DNA of 64,000 nt from Candidatus Omnitrophota bacterium (GTDB lineage: Bacteria; Omnitrophota; Gorgyraeia; Duberdicusellales; 4484-171): assembly GCA_003154195.1 (NCBI GenBank), contig PMCS01000009.1:19014-83013 (forward strand), in the 5' to 3' direction. Below, in pieces: positions 27,401-35,980 of this stretch. The number at the start of each line of letters is the position of its first letter. Position 1 is the first letter of the stretch. The notes below the pieces were generated by a model. The model saw only the letters and a list, made by a program, of their open reading frames with translations, made no database searches and was not told where the DNA came from. Position numbers and translations under genes: made by a program.

Positions 27401-28926
27401 AGAGCAAGACGCAACGGCGATATTCCATGCAGTTGACTTGCGATGTCGGGAAATATTCCTAATAATACTCCGGACAAATTATTCGCTATGCCAAGTAAGT
27501 CATGAGTTTTCGTATGGGGCTTGATGATAAAATCAAAGGGTGGTAATTTTTTTTGCCACGGGATGTTTACAGATTTGGCTTTGCCTGGCGTTTTTTGGCC
27601 TGCATCGGGCGAAGATACGCTTTTATCCTTGTCTACAGCTCCTAGCGCTCTGCCTACTTCTTTACCTGTTAACTCTTCCTGCGTCAAAAACGCAGACCCA
27701 ACAGCCTTTAGTCTCCCTAAGCACGAATTTGCTGCCGGGTTTACGCCGACCTGCAAATTTAATTCCACGCGCATTGTTTCTCTAAAAGCCTCCGCTCCAA
27801 ACACCATCCCTCCAGAAGTATACCTGCGCCTTACCGGGTTTTTCCCCAATCGTTCTTCTTTCTTTACGCAGTTATATACTCCTTTTTTATAGGCTTCTAC
27901 GTAGAGGTTAAAAATCTTATCTTTTACGTTTTTGTCCTTTAGGTCTATCCCGGATATCTTCCCCTTATCGATGTAGGATTTATAGAAGGAATCTTTGAAT
28001 TTCTTACGGAACCAGACGGCGAGGACGAGAGAGTTATAGATCTGGCGCAGCGTGGCAAAGTTCTTGCCGTGGTTGACTTCCTGGTTGACTTCAGGGAGGA
28101 TGACTTCTTTGAAAACCCTTGACGCAATTTCTTCAGTTTTTCCTTTTTCGTCCTTCGTCCTTCCTCCCTCGTCCTTCTTTGTTTTTTCATCCTTCATCCC
28201 TCGTCCTTCATCCTTCGGTAGATTACGCTGCTGCGCCACGTAATCCCTCTCATGCATGACTTTTAAGCTCGCCTCGAGGACAAACGCCGTGTCTCCTTTC
28301 TCATAGACGACGCTCTTCTGAGGCATGACCCAAACCTTGTTATAAGTATTAACATCCTTCATCCCTCGTCCTTCATCCTTCATTACTGCCGTTACGCTGT
28401 CCCAGTATCTCTTTCCCAGTTCTGTTCCGGGGTAGGTCAAAGAAGAAACGAGTTGCTTCAGGCAGTAATCCTGGCCTAACAGATCTTTGCCGAGATCGGT
28501 CAGGGCTAAATTGTCTGAAGCAACACGTTCTCCTTCAAACGGTGACAGGTTGACCCATAACTCTTCCTGGGGAAGAGTTAACCCTGCCAGAAAATACTTG
28601 ATCAGACGGTCGGCTTCTTCTTTAGATACGTCATCTTTATTGGCAGTATCGACGAGGAATTCGATATTGAGAGGGTTTTTAGGATTAAAACGTAAGCCCT
28701 TCAAGACCGGGTAAGAGAATTTTTCGGATACTGAAAGGAGTTTGGTGGGTAGAGGGAGATTATAGACACTAGACGCCGGTTGCGGCGCGGGCACGACTTC
28801 GGATAAAGCCAGTGGGCTGAGCGAAGAAAAAAATACCGCCAAGGCCAGAAATACGGCGATAGCTTTGAAACCCGAGGACGTACGGCAATACGCCCCTCCG
28901 TTTTTTCGGGGGATTATTTGGGTCAT
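24439..28926 (-). CDS. 1495-aa multidomain membrane protein: TM, KDEG-repeat low-complexity segment, two GHKL/HATPase_c-like domains, second TM, transglutaminase-like Cys-His-Asp protease-like domain, TPR repeats
   Basis: N-box/G1/G2-like blocks (LDNAIDGI…VSDNGIGI…RYGGTIEFDT; HLVDNAVDAV…LSDNGAGI…GRGYATRS); KANCIGGTQLFLVLARAL…WTLHIA…VIVDLAN; TPR-like LELYRKALKSDPNN…. Confidence 0.65.
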   Translation of the reverse strand: MTQIIPRKNGGAYCRTSSGFKAIAVFLALAVFFSSLSPLALSEVVPAPQPASSVYNLPLPTKLLSVSEKFSYPVLKGLRFNPKNPLNIEFLVDTANKDDVSKEEADRLIKYFLAGLTLPQEELWVNLSPFEGERVASDNLALTDLGKDLLGQDYCLKQLVSSLTYPGTELGKRYWDSVTAVMKDEGRGMKDVNTYNKVWVMPQKSVVYEKGDTAFVLEASLKVMHERDYVAQQRNLPKDEGRGMKDEKTKKDEGGRTKDEKGKTEEIASRVFKEVILPEVNQEVNHGKNFATLRQIYNSLVLAVWFRKKFKDSFYKSYIDKGKISGIDLKDKNVKDKIFNLYVEAYKKGVYNCVKKEERLGKNPVRRRYTSGGMVFGAEAFRETMRVELNLQVGVNPAANSCLGRLKAVGSAFLTQEELTGKEVGRALGAVDKDKSVSSPDAGQKTPGKAKSVNIPWQKKLPPFDFIIKPHTKTHDLLGIANNLSGVLLGIFPDIASQLHGISPLRLALDYPVLWIGDDEYGTFQISLSGALDNAIDGIAKEATRQETEYKGMIEVSFSVEHDRLVIKVSDNGIGITVDTLGRLFSDEPVSTKKRREDETLGRVGTDVRNYYGDALVNRYGGTIEFDTYHHQDGAHVMRRYRSHNEVSVGHRITAGTTVTWTIPFGKKVAASPTLFRPERAVPLGSPTAAGSIAANGAASINFPIFTEKFPYMPPGALSTDARQIYLGNAGDKKIVADILTILRDSQLSSVDKGRVASIVGHLVDNAVDAVYERIDNITDDSVRGQVSGKAAISFFIQRDSQTGGTRVILSDNGAGIRKDIFQSWVNGEYRTSKPLGRGYATRSILDTAKGNFEISFVSERENDTGYQFTQYQNGKRIMDVSNENVIGTTVIITFPRDQLSPAAASPVDMSRRGLFLFGLLAGVAAVAGKVVKDKLRILGLTDAGHELLSSQPPQRSYRSEPITAANRAGDSEHEGALQNVRQQFEMRKQLEDFGYDKKSRQAIVHELVNLFPDLNTYRFSPGGDEAGRLKELYAAIKGKFNIESGVYPFDLNVVLEVKKANCIGGTQLFLVLARALRYDAIPMEVVRHNRRGWTLHIASLVRLPGGRSVIVDLANSEVGISQPFILYDLFHPYGVYLKANDAIRQDLPQQIRLGVNDGMIRSYLAVAHRDDAYITPYPEQLELYRKALKSDPNNIHAYMGISVTYTSIGIIHGAERFLTEGTYFNKALGALRKALELSPDSLDVLDGFRELYRDTHMPEKEAEVYARKIKIIEREIPAVYRNADEKISPTPFNEEKKGLVFDYLKLVELYHEIGEPNQERSAAIKALAILEKLVPTDYHYTGGKKGIGYSRAVSILEYYKNMADLYRLVGNKKQAEKYSALHRSLEEEVTPFNGQFMGRGNSPVATVKTKSAASPLPLTGSTDLTDTTGSTPLGGIDVTANNFNLETKGEGLDKAITSSPLNPNFDRLQFVITFMKDVSAKETIDELAGKAWGK
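28150..28390 (-). repeat. In-gene tandem 7-mer repeats (tccttca/tccttcg on the + strand) encoding (M)KDEG(R)G repeats
   Basis: Seen in the sequence at 28150-28240 and 28355-28390. Confidence 0.5.
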
Positions 28927-29118
28927 GAATAATCACCTTACTATTATCCCAACTTTTGCGTTAGAGCATGGCAAAAAACGCTGACTGGTGATTATAATTT
29001 AACATATCTAATCGGGAAAAACCGGATAAAAGGCAGGTTTTTTGGGGGTTTTTGAAAACGTTTACCGAAGCGGCTTTTCTGATGTTTGTGTCCGAAAGTA
29101 CCTACGGAATAAGTTTTT

Positions 29119-30186
29119 TTATTTTGTTTTTGCTCTCACCGCCCATCTCAATATCGCGCTCTTCGAGCGCGGATTATCATACCGCTCCTGGGGTGTCGGC
29201 CGGATGGGTTCGCGGCAGATATCGGAATATGCCCCCGTCGCCAATCCTTCATCGAAAAACCGGGCAACGCGGTTATCCTCGCCCGAGTGAAACGTCAGGA
29301 TTGCCGCCCGGCCGCCGGGCTTAAGGCAAATCGGCAGGTTTCTCAAAAATTGCTCGAGAGCGGAAAACTCATCGTTGACCGCGATGCGCAATGCCTGAAA
29401 AGTTCTCCTGATCGAAGTCGTTATTTCCTCCCGGGGATTTTCAAAAGATACTCCGGCCAGCGCCTCCCGTATGGCATCAGCCAGCGCAGTAGTCGTAGCA
29501 ATCATATTTTTGTTTTTATGAATCGCCCGGGCGATCTCGCACGCGTAAGGTTCGTCGGAATTGGCAAAAAGTATCTTCTCCAGGGCTTTTTCCGATATCG
29601 ATTTGACCAAGGCCGACGCAGGCTGGCCCCTTTGGGAGTTAAACCTTAAGTCGAGCGGCCCTTCTCTTTTAAAAGTAAACCCTCGCGAAGGATTATCAAG
29701 CTGCATCGATGAAACGCCGAGGTCGGCAAGAATGAAATCAAAACCGCCGCCGGCAGAATCAAGCAGTTTGGGGATACCGGCGAAGTTTATACGCCGGGCG
29801 ACAAATTCATTTTCGTTAAAGCCGGCCTTCCTGAGACGGGCCTCCGTGCGCGCTAATTCTACAGGGTCAACGTCGATACCAAAGATACGCCCTCCCGGGC
29901 TGACACGCGCCAGCAATTCCTGCGCGTGCCCACCAAAACCCAGTGTCGCGTCCAATCCAACCTGGCCGGGCTCAGGCCTAAGCGCTTCGATGACTTCCTT
30001 AACGCAAATCGAACGGTGCATCCCCGCGGGTGTCTTGCCGCTTTTTATGATCTTTTTTACATCGTCGGCATATTTTTCGAAATTAAGCTCTTTATACTTT
30101 TCTTCAAACCGGCGGGGATGCGTGCCCTTATAGCGTACGCGCCGCTTTCTTTTAGGTTCCTCATTACTTATGGTAGTATTTTCCAT
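29119..30186 (-). CDS. rsmH: 16S rRNA (cytosine1402-N4)-methyltransferase RsmH (MraW) with an N-terminal basic extension of about 55-65 aa; ORF is open to 30219
   Basis: TLGFGGHA, DVDP, ADLGVSSMQLD, TFHSGED, RSKSAILRWAV motifs. Confidence 0.8.
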   Translation of the reverse strand: MENTTISNEEPKRKRRVRYKGTHPRRFEEKYKELNFEKYADDVKKIIKSGKTPAGMHRSICVKEVIEALRPEPGQVGLDATLGFGGHAQELLARVSPGGRIFGIDVDPVELARTEARLRKAGFNENEFVARRINFAGIPKLLDSAGGGFDFILADLGVSSMQLDNPSRGFTFKREGPLDLRFNSQRGQPASALVKSISEKALEKILFANSDEPYACEIARAIHKNKNMIATTTALADAIREALAGVSFENPREEITTSIRRTFQALRIAVNDEFSALEQFLRNLPICLKPGGRAAILTFHSGEDNRVARFFDEGLATGAYSDICREPIRPTPQERYDNPRSKSAILRWAVRAKTK

Positions 30187-30190
30187 CGCC

Positions 30191-30892
30191 CTATCCGATA
30201 TTTTCTTCCAGCTCCCCAATGGATTCGCTGACTCGATGAAGCAAGGCGATGAGGCCGGCGCAGGATTTGTTTAAATCCGGACAAGCCTGGCGCAGGCCCC
30301 TTAACGCCTCAAGCGAACCGGTGACGGCCTTGGCGCAGACATCAAGCTGGGCGACACCGTCATGCAAGCCAAACTCATCTTTATCGTCCGCCGCCAGGAT
30401 ACCGGTTAAAGCGCGTTTCATTTTTACCGCCAACAACATGTGGTAGCGGGCGATAGTTTCAGTTTCTTTTTTTGCCGCGGGGTATTCCCGATAGGCGTAT
30501 TGGATAAACTTATGGGCGAAGCCCATATACTTATCGCATAACCCTGTTACCGGATGTTTATCGACGCGGCGCCCTGTCTCCCCTTCTTCCTCCACACTTT
30601 CCTGAGCGTCAAAAGCATCAGTATCGGTATCATGCTCTACCGCGAAATCCTCTAACCCCTGGAGCGCGTTACCAAAATGGGCTTCAAATATCTCCGGGAT
30701 GATTTCATGGTCATCGGGGTCGCGGCCAAGTGAAATATTGGTGACCTTTTGCTCAAATTCTACCTGGTAGACCCGGCATTTATTCTGGATAGAATCGGGG
30801 CATTGCTCGCACCACCGGTCGCAGAAATTATAGGGCGACTTCTTTTTAAGCCGTTCGTTTTCCTTGCGTATCCGCTCAATTCGTTTTGGCAT
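30191..30892 (-). CDS. Hypothetical protein with an N-terminal Cys cluster (CDRWCEQC…C) and an acidic middle region
   Basis: ORF only; no family recognised. Confidence 0.45.
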   Translation of the reverse strand: MPKRIERIRKENERLKKKSPYNFCDRWCEQCPDSIQNKCRVYQVEFEQKVTNISLGRDPDDHEIIPEIFEAHFGNALQGLEDFAVEHDTDTDAFDAQESVEEEGETGRRVDKHPVTGLCDKYMGFAHKFIQYAYREYPAAKKETETIARYHMLLAVKMKRALTGILAADDKDEFGLHDGVAQLDVCAKAVTGSLEALRGLRQACPDLNKSCAGLIALLHRVSESIGELEENIG

Positions 30893-31007
30893 CTTTTTAA
30901 CCCAAAAAGTATATCATGCGCCGCCTAAAATCAAACTCGGCACCTTCTATTAACCTTGAATTTTAAATGGCGGGAAAAAATATCGCACCAATTATAAATT
31001 GGCAGGG

Positions 31008-31355
31008 TTATAAATCTTTTTCGTCCACGTGGAATTTGTGGAGCATTCGATGCGCGACCGGCGATAAAACGATTCCCATCACGGCGATAAACACGAGCCC
31101 GCTGAAAAGAGCATAAAACGAAGCGAAAATTTTCGCGGCGTTGTTAACTAGCGAGTTTACCGGGCCCATGCCGCCTAAAATCATCGACGCGTTTAACAAC
31201 GCGTCGACCCACCCAAGGCCGGCAATCCAATGATATCCGGCAACCCCGATAAGCAAGGCGGCTAAAATCAATAAAACGGCGGCGGCCAGGCACCGCCCCA
31301 ATCTTTTTATGAAAACCAGAACCGAAGCTACTTTTTGGTGTTTGCGTTCGAACAT
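31008..31355 (-). CDS. Small membrane protein (2-3 TM), hypothetical
   Basis: Hydrophobic segments; no motif. Confidence 0.45.
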   Translation of the reverse strand: MFERKHQKVASVLVFIKRLGRCLAAAVLLILAALLIGVAGYHWIAGLGWVDALLNASMILGGMGPVNSLVNNAAKIFASFYALFSGLVFIAVMGIVLSPVAHRMLHKFHVDEKDL

Positions 31356-31494
31356 ATCTAAGAAAAAAGCCGCCCGCTTATGCCCAGGAAAACCTTTTAT
31401 TCTCCTTCGCCAAATCTTGCCACAGGATGGCTACGGAGATATGAAGCTAGATATCCCACGCCCTGCCTGCCGCGGGGAATACATTTGTGCTTCA

Positions 31495-32853
31495 TTACCT
31501 GACTTCTTCATAAAGTAAATATTCCGCGTCAATCAATCCCTGGCGATAAGCATTCTCTAATGAGTCCTTGAATGTTTGCATACCTTCGTTTTTACCGGTT
31601 TGGATAATCGACCGGATCTGCGCCCAATCGCCGTTTCTGATTATGCTTTTAACCGCGTCGGTAGAAGTCACGACTTCCGAAATAAGAGTAAACCCGCTCT
31701 TATCCATTCGCGGCAGTAACAGCTGGGTCGTCACGCCTCTTAGAACCAGCGCCAACCGGGAAAGCATATGGCGCTGCACCTCGGGAGGGAAAAAAGATAT
31801 TACCCGATCCAGGGCTTGAGTGGAATTAGCCGCGTGTAAGGTAGTAAATACTAAAATGCCGCTTTCGGCCGCGGTAATCGCTACTTCCATGGTTGCCTGG
31901 TCTAAAATTTCTCCGATAACCAATACGGTCGGGTCCTGGCGAAGGGCATTTCTCGCCGCGTTGGCAAAAGAAAGAGTGTCTACCCCTATCTCTCTTTGTT
32001 TTATAATACACTTTCGATCGGTATGCAAATACTCGATTGGGTCTTCCAGGGAGACGATTACCCCCTTTTTTTCTTGATTATATAGCTCCACTAAAGAAGC
32101 GATGGTCGTACTTTTACCGGAACCGGTCCTTCCCGCGATGATAATCAATCCGCTGTTATTATTCAACCATTTCTCGACCACGGGAGGAACTCCGATCTCC
32201 GAAGGTAAAGACACCCGATAGGGTAAAAGCCGGAATACCGCTTCGACTTTACGCCGCTGCATATGCATATTTACGCGGAACCGGATCTCTTTGCTGTAAG
32301 TATAAACAAAATTCAGTTCTTTTTCCGCCAAAAACTTCTTATGCCGATCCCTATCCAGCATCCCAAACAATAAACACTGCAGGCTATGCGAGTCAAAAAC
32401 TTCGCCTCCGGCGGTAACCCACTCTCCGATCTTCTTCATCACCGGAGGATAGCCTACGGTAAAATATATATCGATGACATTCTTTAAATTAACCCCCTGC
32501 AAAACCTTTTTTATATTAGCCCGGCGCAGGAAATCGTCTAGCTTGCCTTTATCCTCATCGTTGATTTTATCAATCTGGACGCCGACGATATATTCCTTAT
32601 CATCACTAACCTCGATTCGTGCCACGCGCCCTTCGAAAGAAATTTTATCCGCATCCGAAACAAGCATAGTAATTTTGAGCAGACTGCTCAACTCCATTAG
32701 TTCCTTACAAACAAAACCTACCCCCAGCAGCCCCATGTCTTGTCCGTAGACCTTAACCGCGATACCCAATTTACCGCTATCGAGAATTTTTTCATATTGC
32801 ATGGGAAAACGTATCAGCGTTCTTTCTTCCCGGCGATTATTTTTTCCTTTCAT
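31495..32853 (-). CDS. PilT/PilU-family type IV pilus retraction ATPase with an N-terminal PilZ-like domain (PilZ-PilT fusion); ORF is open to TTG 32895
   Basis: Walker A GRTGSGKST, PilT core (…LVIGEILD…TLHAANS…); N-terminal RREERT (RxxxR) plus D.S..G-like region; SD gggagg before ATG. Confidence 0.75.
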   Translation of the reverse strand: MKGKNNRREERTLIRFPMQYEKILDSGKLGIAVKVYGQDMGLLGVGFVCKELMELSSLLKITMLVSDADKISFEGRVARIEVSDDKEYIVGVQIDKINDEDKGKLDDFLRRANIKKVLQGVNLKNVIDIYFTVGYPPVMKKIGEWVTAGGEVFDSHSLQCLLFGMLDRDRHKKFLAEKELNFVYTYSKEIRFRVNMHMQRRKVEAVFRLLPYRVSLPSEIGVPPVVEKWLNNNSGLIIIAGRTGSGKSTTIASLVELYNQEKKGVIVSLEDPIEYLHTDRKCIIKQREIGVDTLSFANAARNALRQDPTVLVIGEILDQATMEVAITAAESGILVFTTLHAANSTQALDRVISFFPPEVQRHMLSRLALVLRGVTTQLLLPRMDKSGFTLISEVVTSTDAVKSIIRNGDWAQIRSIIQTGKNEGMQTFKDSLENAYRQGLIDAEYLLYEEVR

Positions 32854-32900
32854 TCCCCCTCCCATTATTGGCAGCGGCCTGTCAAAAACAAACAAATTTC

Positions 32901-33010
32901 AACCACATGATTGCACAGATTTCACTGAAAAATATAAATTCCGATAATGTAAAAAACTGAAAATCTTAAAAATCTGTGAAATCTTGTGAAATCAGTGGTT
33001 GCAGTTTTTA
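32901..33010 (+). repeat. MITE-like ~110-bp element with terminal inverted repeats aaccacatgatt.cacagatttcac; copy 1
   Basis: Matches 49398-49509. Confidence 0.5.
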
Positions 33011-33165
33011 TATCGCTTATAGTCTATCAGCTTAAAGACAAACAGCAAACAAGATACAGCACTCTTTAATTATAACAAAACGGGCAGGTTTTGGTAGAGT
33101 TTTAGCTTTTTATTTGAACTGCGGAAAACCGCCAATTTATTCGGCGGATGCCCGCCTTGCCCGCG

Positions 33166-33247
33166 GCTTCGCCGTGAGGCGAGCCGAGCAAGGCGAAGCA
33201 GGAATGCGGGGCAAATAATTCCTGCCTCGCTCGCCTCACGGCGAAGC
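33166..33247 (+). repeat. Long imperfect inverted repeat (gcttcgccgtgaggcgagc…/…gctcgcctcacggcgaagc) forming a ~30-bp-stem hairpin; contains a CTCGCTCGC core
   Basis: Seen in the sequence; GC-rich within AT-rich DNA. Confidence 0.5.
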
Positions 33248-33352
33248 CGTGGGCCTTATAGCTCATCAAGGCGGGCCGCCGCAGTCTGGCGGGATCATTT
33301 AGGTGAAGCCGGCGACGAAGTCGGCGGTAATTCACTTATATTTTAGCAGAAC

Positions 33353-33913
33353 TCAAAACGATGCCCTGAAAACATAGCTTATGGAGTTTTTTTTGAACTG
33401 GGGGCGGCCTTTGATATGAAAAACTTTCACGCTGAGCCTATCCTTTACCCATTCCTCTACATCTTTGGCTTTAAAGTACAGGTAAAATATATCCACTCCC
33501 AGAAGATCCCGCCACTTTTCCCTCAACACTTCTTTACCATCGCTATTTGTATTACTATTATCGGTAATTTGTGTTTTGAAATTAAAGTTATACCGGGTAT
33601 AAGCAAGTTTCTCCTGGGTGTCGCGGTAAGACACGTAAACTCTTTCGCCGGCATAACCTTTTTCCCGAATAAGCATCATCCAGCTATAATAGGTTAGATA
33701 ATCCGGGCGCAAGCGTACGGCCTTATCCGGTTTAGGGTTGAAATCGGATAAGTAAAGCGCTGGGGAATGGAAAAAATTTATCTGGCTGATTGAGCTAAAA
33801 GGTAGGATTTCTATAGCGCGGCCGTCGTCCTGCGCGCAAGCACTGGACGCGAAAGAAAAAATAACAATCCCGCCGATGATGGCCGCTATTTTCAGATGTT
33901 TCACATAGAACAC
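33353..33913 (-). CDS. Hypothetical secreted protein (signal peptide, AxA cleavage)
   Basis: ORF plus signal peptide only. Confidence 0.45.
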   Translation of the reverse strand: MFYVKHLKIAAIIGGIVIFSFASSACAQDDGRAIEILPFSSISQINFFHSPALYLSDFNPKPDKAVRLRPDYLTYYSWMMLIREKGYAGERVYVSYRDTQEKLAYTRYNFNFKTQITDNSNTNSDGKEVLREKWRDLLGVDIFYLYFKAKDVEEWVKDRLSVKVFHIKGRPQFKKNSISYVFRASF

Positions 33914-34351
33914 GCTCCTTCATCGCTAATTCGCCAAAACCATAACTGCTGAGGAATAAAACTCAGCCCATGCTTTGGCGAGTTAGATGTTTGAAAACCT
34001 TATGGTTTTTCCGCCAATGGCGGACTCACCTAAATATTTATTAATTGTGGCAAGCAAACTTTCCTTCAATTTGAATATAACACGATATCCTCTATAAACC
34101 CAATTTTTAGCAAGTAAATATTCTTTATATCTCCTTGATTACCAGGATGTTGCATCGCGATAAAAATAGTTATTGGAAGATTGGGTTAAAAATGCGGTTA
34201 ATTGGAAATGCGATTCAGATATTTTTCTGGAAAGGGAAAGCTTGCTCGCCAAAAGTTGGAAACTTTTGGCGAAGTCTCGCCTTGGCGGAAAAACCGTAAG
34301 TTTCCATATACCTAATCTGAACGAGCTTTTTTAGTTTTACTTCCGGCTCGT

Positions 34352-34639
34352 TCAGATTAGAAATAGTTCCTGGAGAAATTCGCTTACCGGGTGGGTGTCT
34401 TTTTGTTCAGCTTTCCTGATCAGTTCGATAAGTTTGCCCTTAGCAGAAACAGCTTCGCGGATTTTTTCGAGATTAAAATCGATCTCGCCGTCAAAATAGG
34501 CGCATAAATCATCCATAAATTTTTCGACGGTATAGCCGGTAAAGTAATCGTGCAATTTTTTTCGGCGCTCGCGCGCCCGGCGCCGCTCTTCTTTAATATC
34601 GAAATCCGGCTTTTCTTCGCGGGAATCTTCCTGTTTCAT
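34352..34639 (-). CDS. Small hypothetical protein (95 aa)
   Basis: ORF only. Confidence 0.35.
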   Translation of the reverse strand: MKQEDSREEKPDFDIKEERRRARERRKKLHDYFTGYTVEKFMDDLCAYFDGEIDFNLEKIREAVSAKGKLIELIRKAEQKDTHPVSEFLQELFLI

Positions 34640-34650
34640 TTTTTGTTTTT

Positions 34651-35886
34651 CTATACACGGTTCGGCAGCGGTTTAAAAACATAACCAAAACTCTGCGGTA
34701 CGAAGTTTTCATTGAACTGGTTGTTGAAAAAATCGTCGGTCATGCCGGCGATAAAATCAACTACCGCGCGCTTGACCGGGGTTTCCCTGCGATAACGCCT
34801 GCTCATGCGCTGCCAGTAGTGGTAGGCGAAAGAATTATTATCACGGCCTTTTATATTATCGTAATATTTATCGAACAACCGCGCAAACATATCGGCGATC
34901 TTATCGCTTTGGGTCTTGATCTGCGGATTAAAATAAATATTTTCGTGGTTGAATATCCGCAGTTCGCATAAAGCGTCAAAAATATCATTACTGAATTCTA
35001 AAAACGGCTTATTGTAGCTGTTGGCGATTAAATCCATCACCAGGGTATTGATAATCTCATTATTGGAACTACCCAAGACTTTTCTTATTTTTGAAGGAAT
35101 GTCCGGGCGTTTTATCAACCGGACGGTTATCGCGTCTTCGATATCCCTGCCGATATAGGCAACAACATCGCAAATCCTTACCACGCAGCCCTCAAGCGTC
35201 ATCGGCCTGATTTTTTTACCGAAACTGCGGTCAAGGAAACACTTTCGATATTGCTCCCGGAAAACTGCCCAATCCTTAAGTTTATCCGGCTCGTATCTCG
35301 GGCTAAGCATCTCCCCGTTATGCGCCAGAATCCCATCCAGCACTTGCAGGGTAAGATTCAAGCCCTGGCCGTTTTTTTCAATATCTTTTAAGAAGCGTGC
35401 GCTTTGAACATTGTGGCTGAATGAACCTATCTTGTGAACATGGCATATTTTATCGAGAACCTTTTCGCCATCGTGGCCGTAAGGGACATGCCCGATATCA
35501 TGGCCCAGAGCAATCGCCTCAACCAAATCTTCGTTTAACCGCAGGGCCCGGCCGACCACCCTTCCGATCTTCGCGACGAACTGAACATGGAGAACACGAT
35601 GAGTGATGTGGTCGTTCTCAAAAAGATAAAATACCTGGGTTTTATCGATGTACCGTGCGTAGGACTGAGAATGGATAATCCGGTCGGTATCATGGAAAAA
35701 AGCCGGGCGGATATTGCGCGCGTCAGGCACTTTTTCGCCCTGCGAAGAAAAACGCACGGCGCAGCTGCTGGGGCAGGCGTATTGGGAAAGAATATTTTTT
35801 TCCCGGACAAGATTAACTTCGATTATTTTTTTAAAGATATCGGTTTTACGCAACATAATATATCCTGGGCATAAGACCTTATCCAA
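34651..35886 (-). CDS. dgt: dGTP triphosphohydrolase-like HD-domain protein
   Basis: …HITHRVLHVQFVAKIGR…ALGHDIGHVPYGHDGE… HD motifs, N-terminal …GR…E…R.F..D.DRI…. Confidence 0.75.
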   Translation of the reverse strand: MDKVLCPGYIMLRKTDIFKKIIEVNLVREKNILSQYACPSSCAVRFSSQGEKVPDARNIRPAFFHDTDRIIHSQSYARYIDKTQVFYLFENDHITHRVLHVQFVAKIGRVVGRALRLNEDLVEAIALGHDIGHVPYGHDGEKVLDKICHVHKIGSFSHNVQSARFLKDIEKNGQGLNLTLQVLDGILAHNGEMLSPRYEPDKLKDWAVFREQYRKCFLDRSFGKKIRPMTLEGCVVRICDVVAYIGRDIEDAITVRLIKRPDIPSKIRKVLGSSNNEIINTLVMDLIANSYNKPFLEFSNDIFDALCELRIFNHENIYFNPQIKTQSDKIADMFARLFDKYYDNIKGRDNNSFAYHYWQRMSRRYRRETPVKRAVVDFIAGMTDDFFNNQFNENFVPQSFGYVFKPLPNRV

Positions 35887-35916
35887 ATTTCATTTTAAAT
35901 TACCCTTTGGACGTTG

Positions 35917-35977
35917 GCCATTTTAAATTTTTAAAAAATGAAAAATGTGAAATGACAAATGATAATTTTAAAATGAA
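35917..35977 (+). repeat. Conserved ~60-bp AT-rich intergenic element (gccattttaaatttttaaaaa.tga.aaatg…tgataattttaaaatgaat), copy 1
   Basis: Near-identical to 46297-46357. Confidence 0.4.
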
Positions 35978-35980
35978 TCT

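Noticed and set aside
33102-33335. 77-aa minus-strand ORF in the 33.1-33.3 kb region
   Set aside because: It lies entirely within the long inverted-repeat hairpin block; the GC-rich palindromic DNA creates the open frame.
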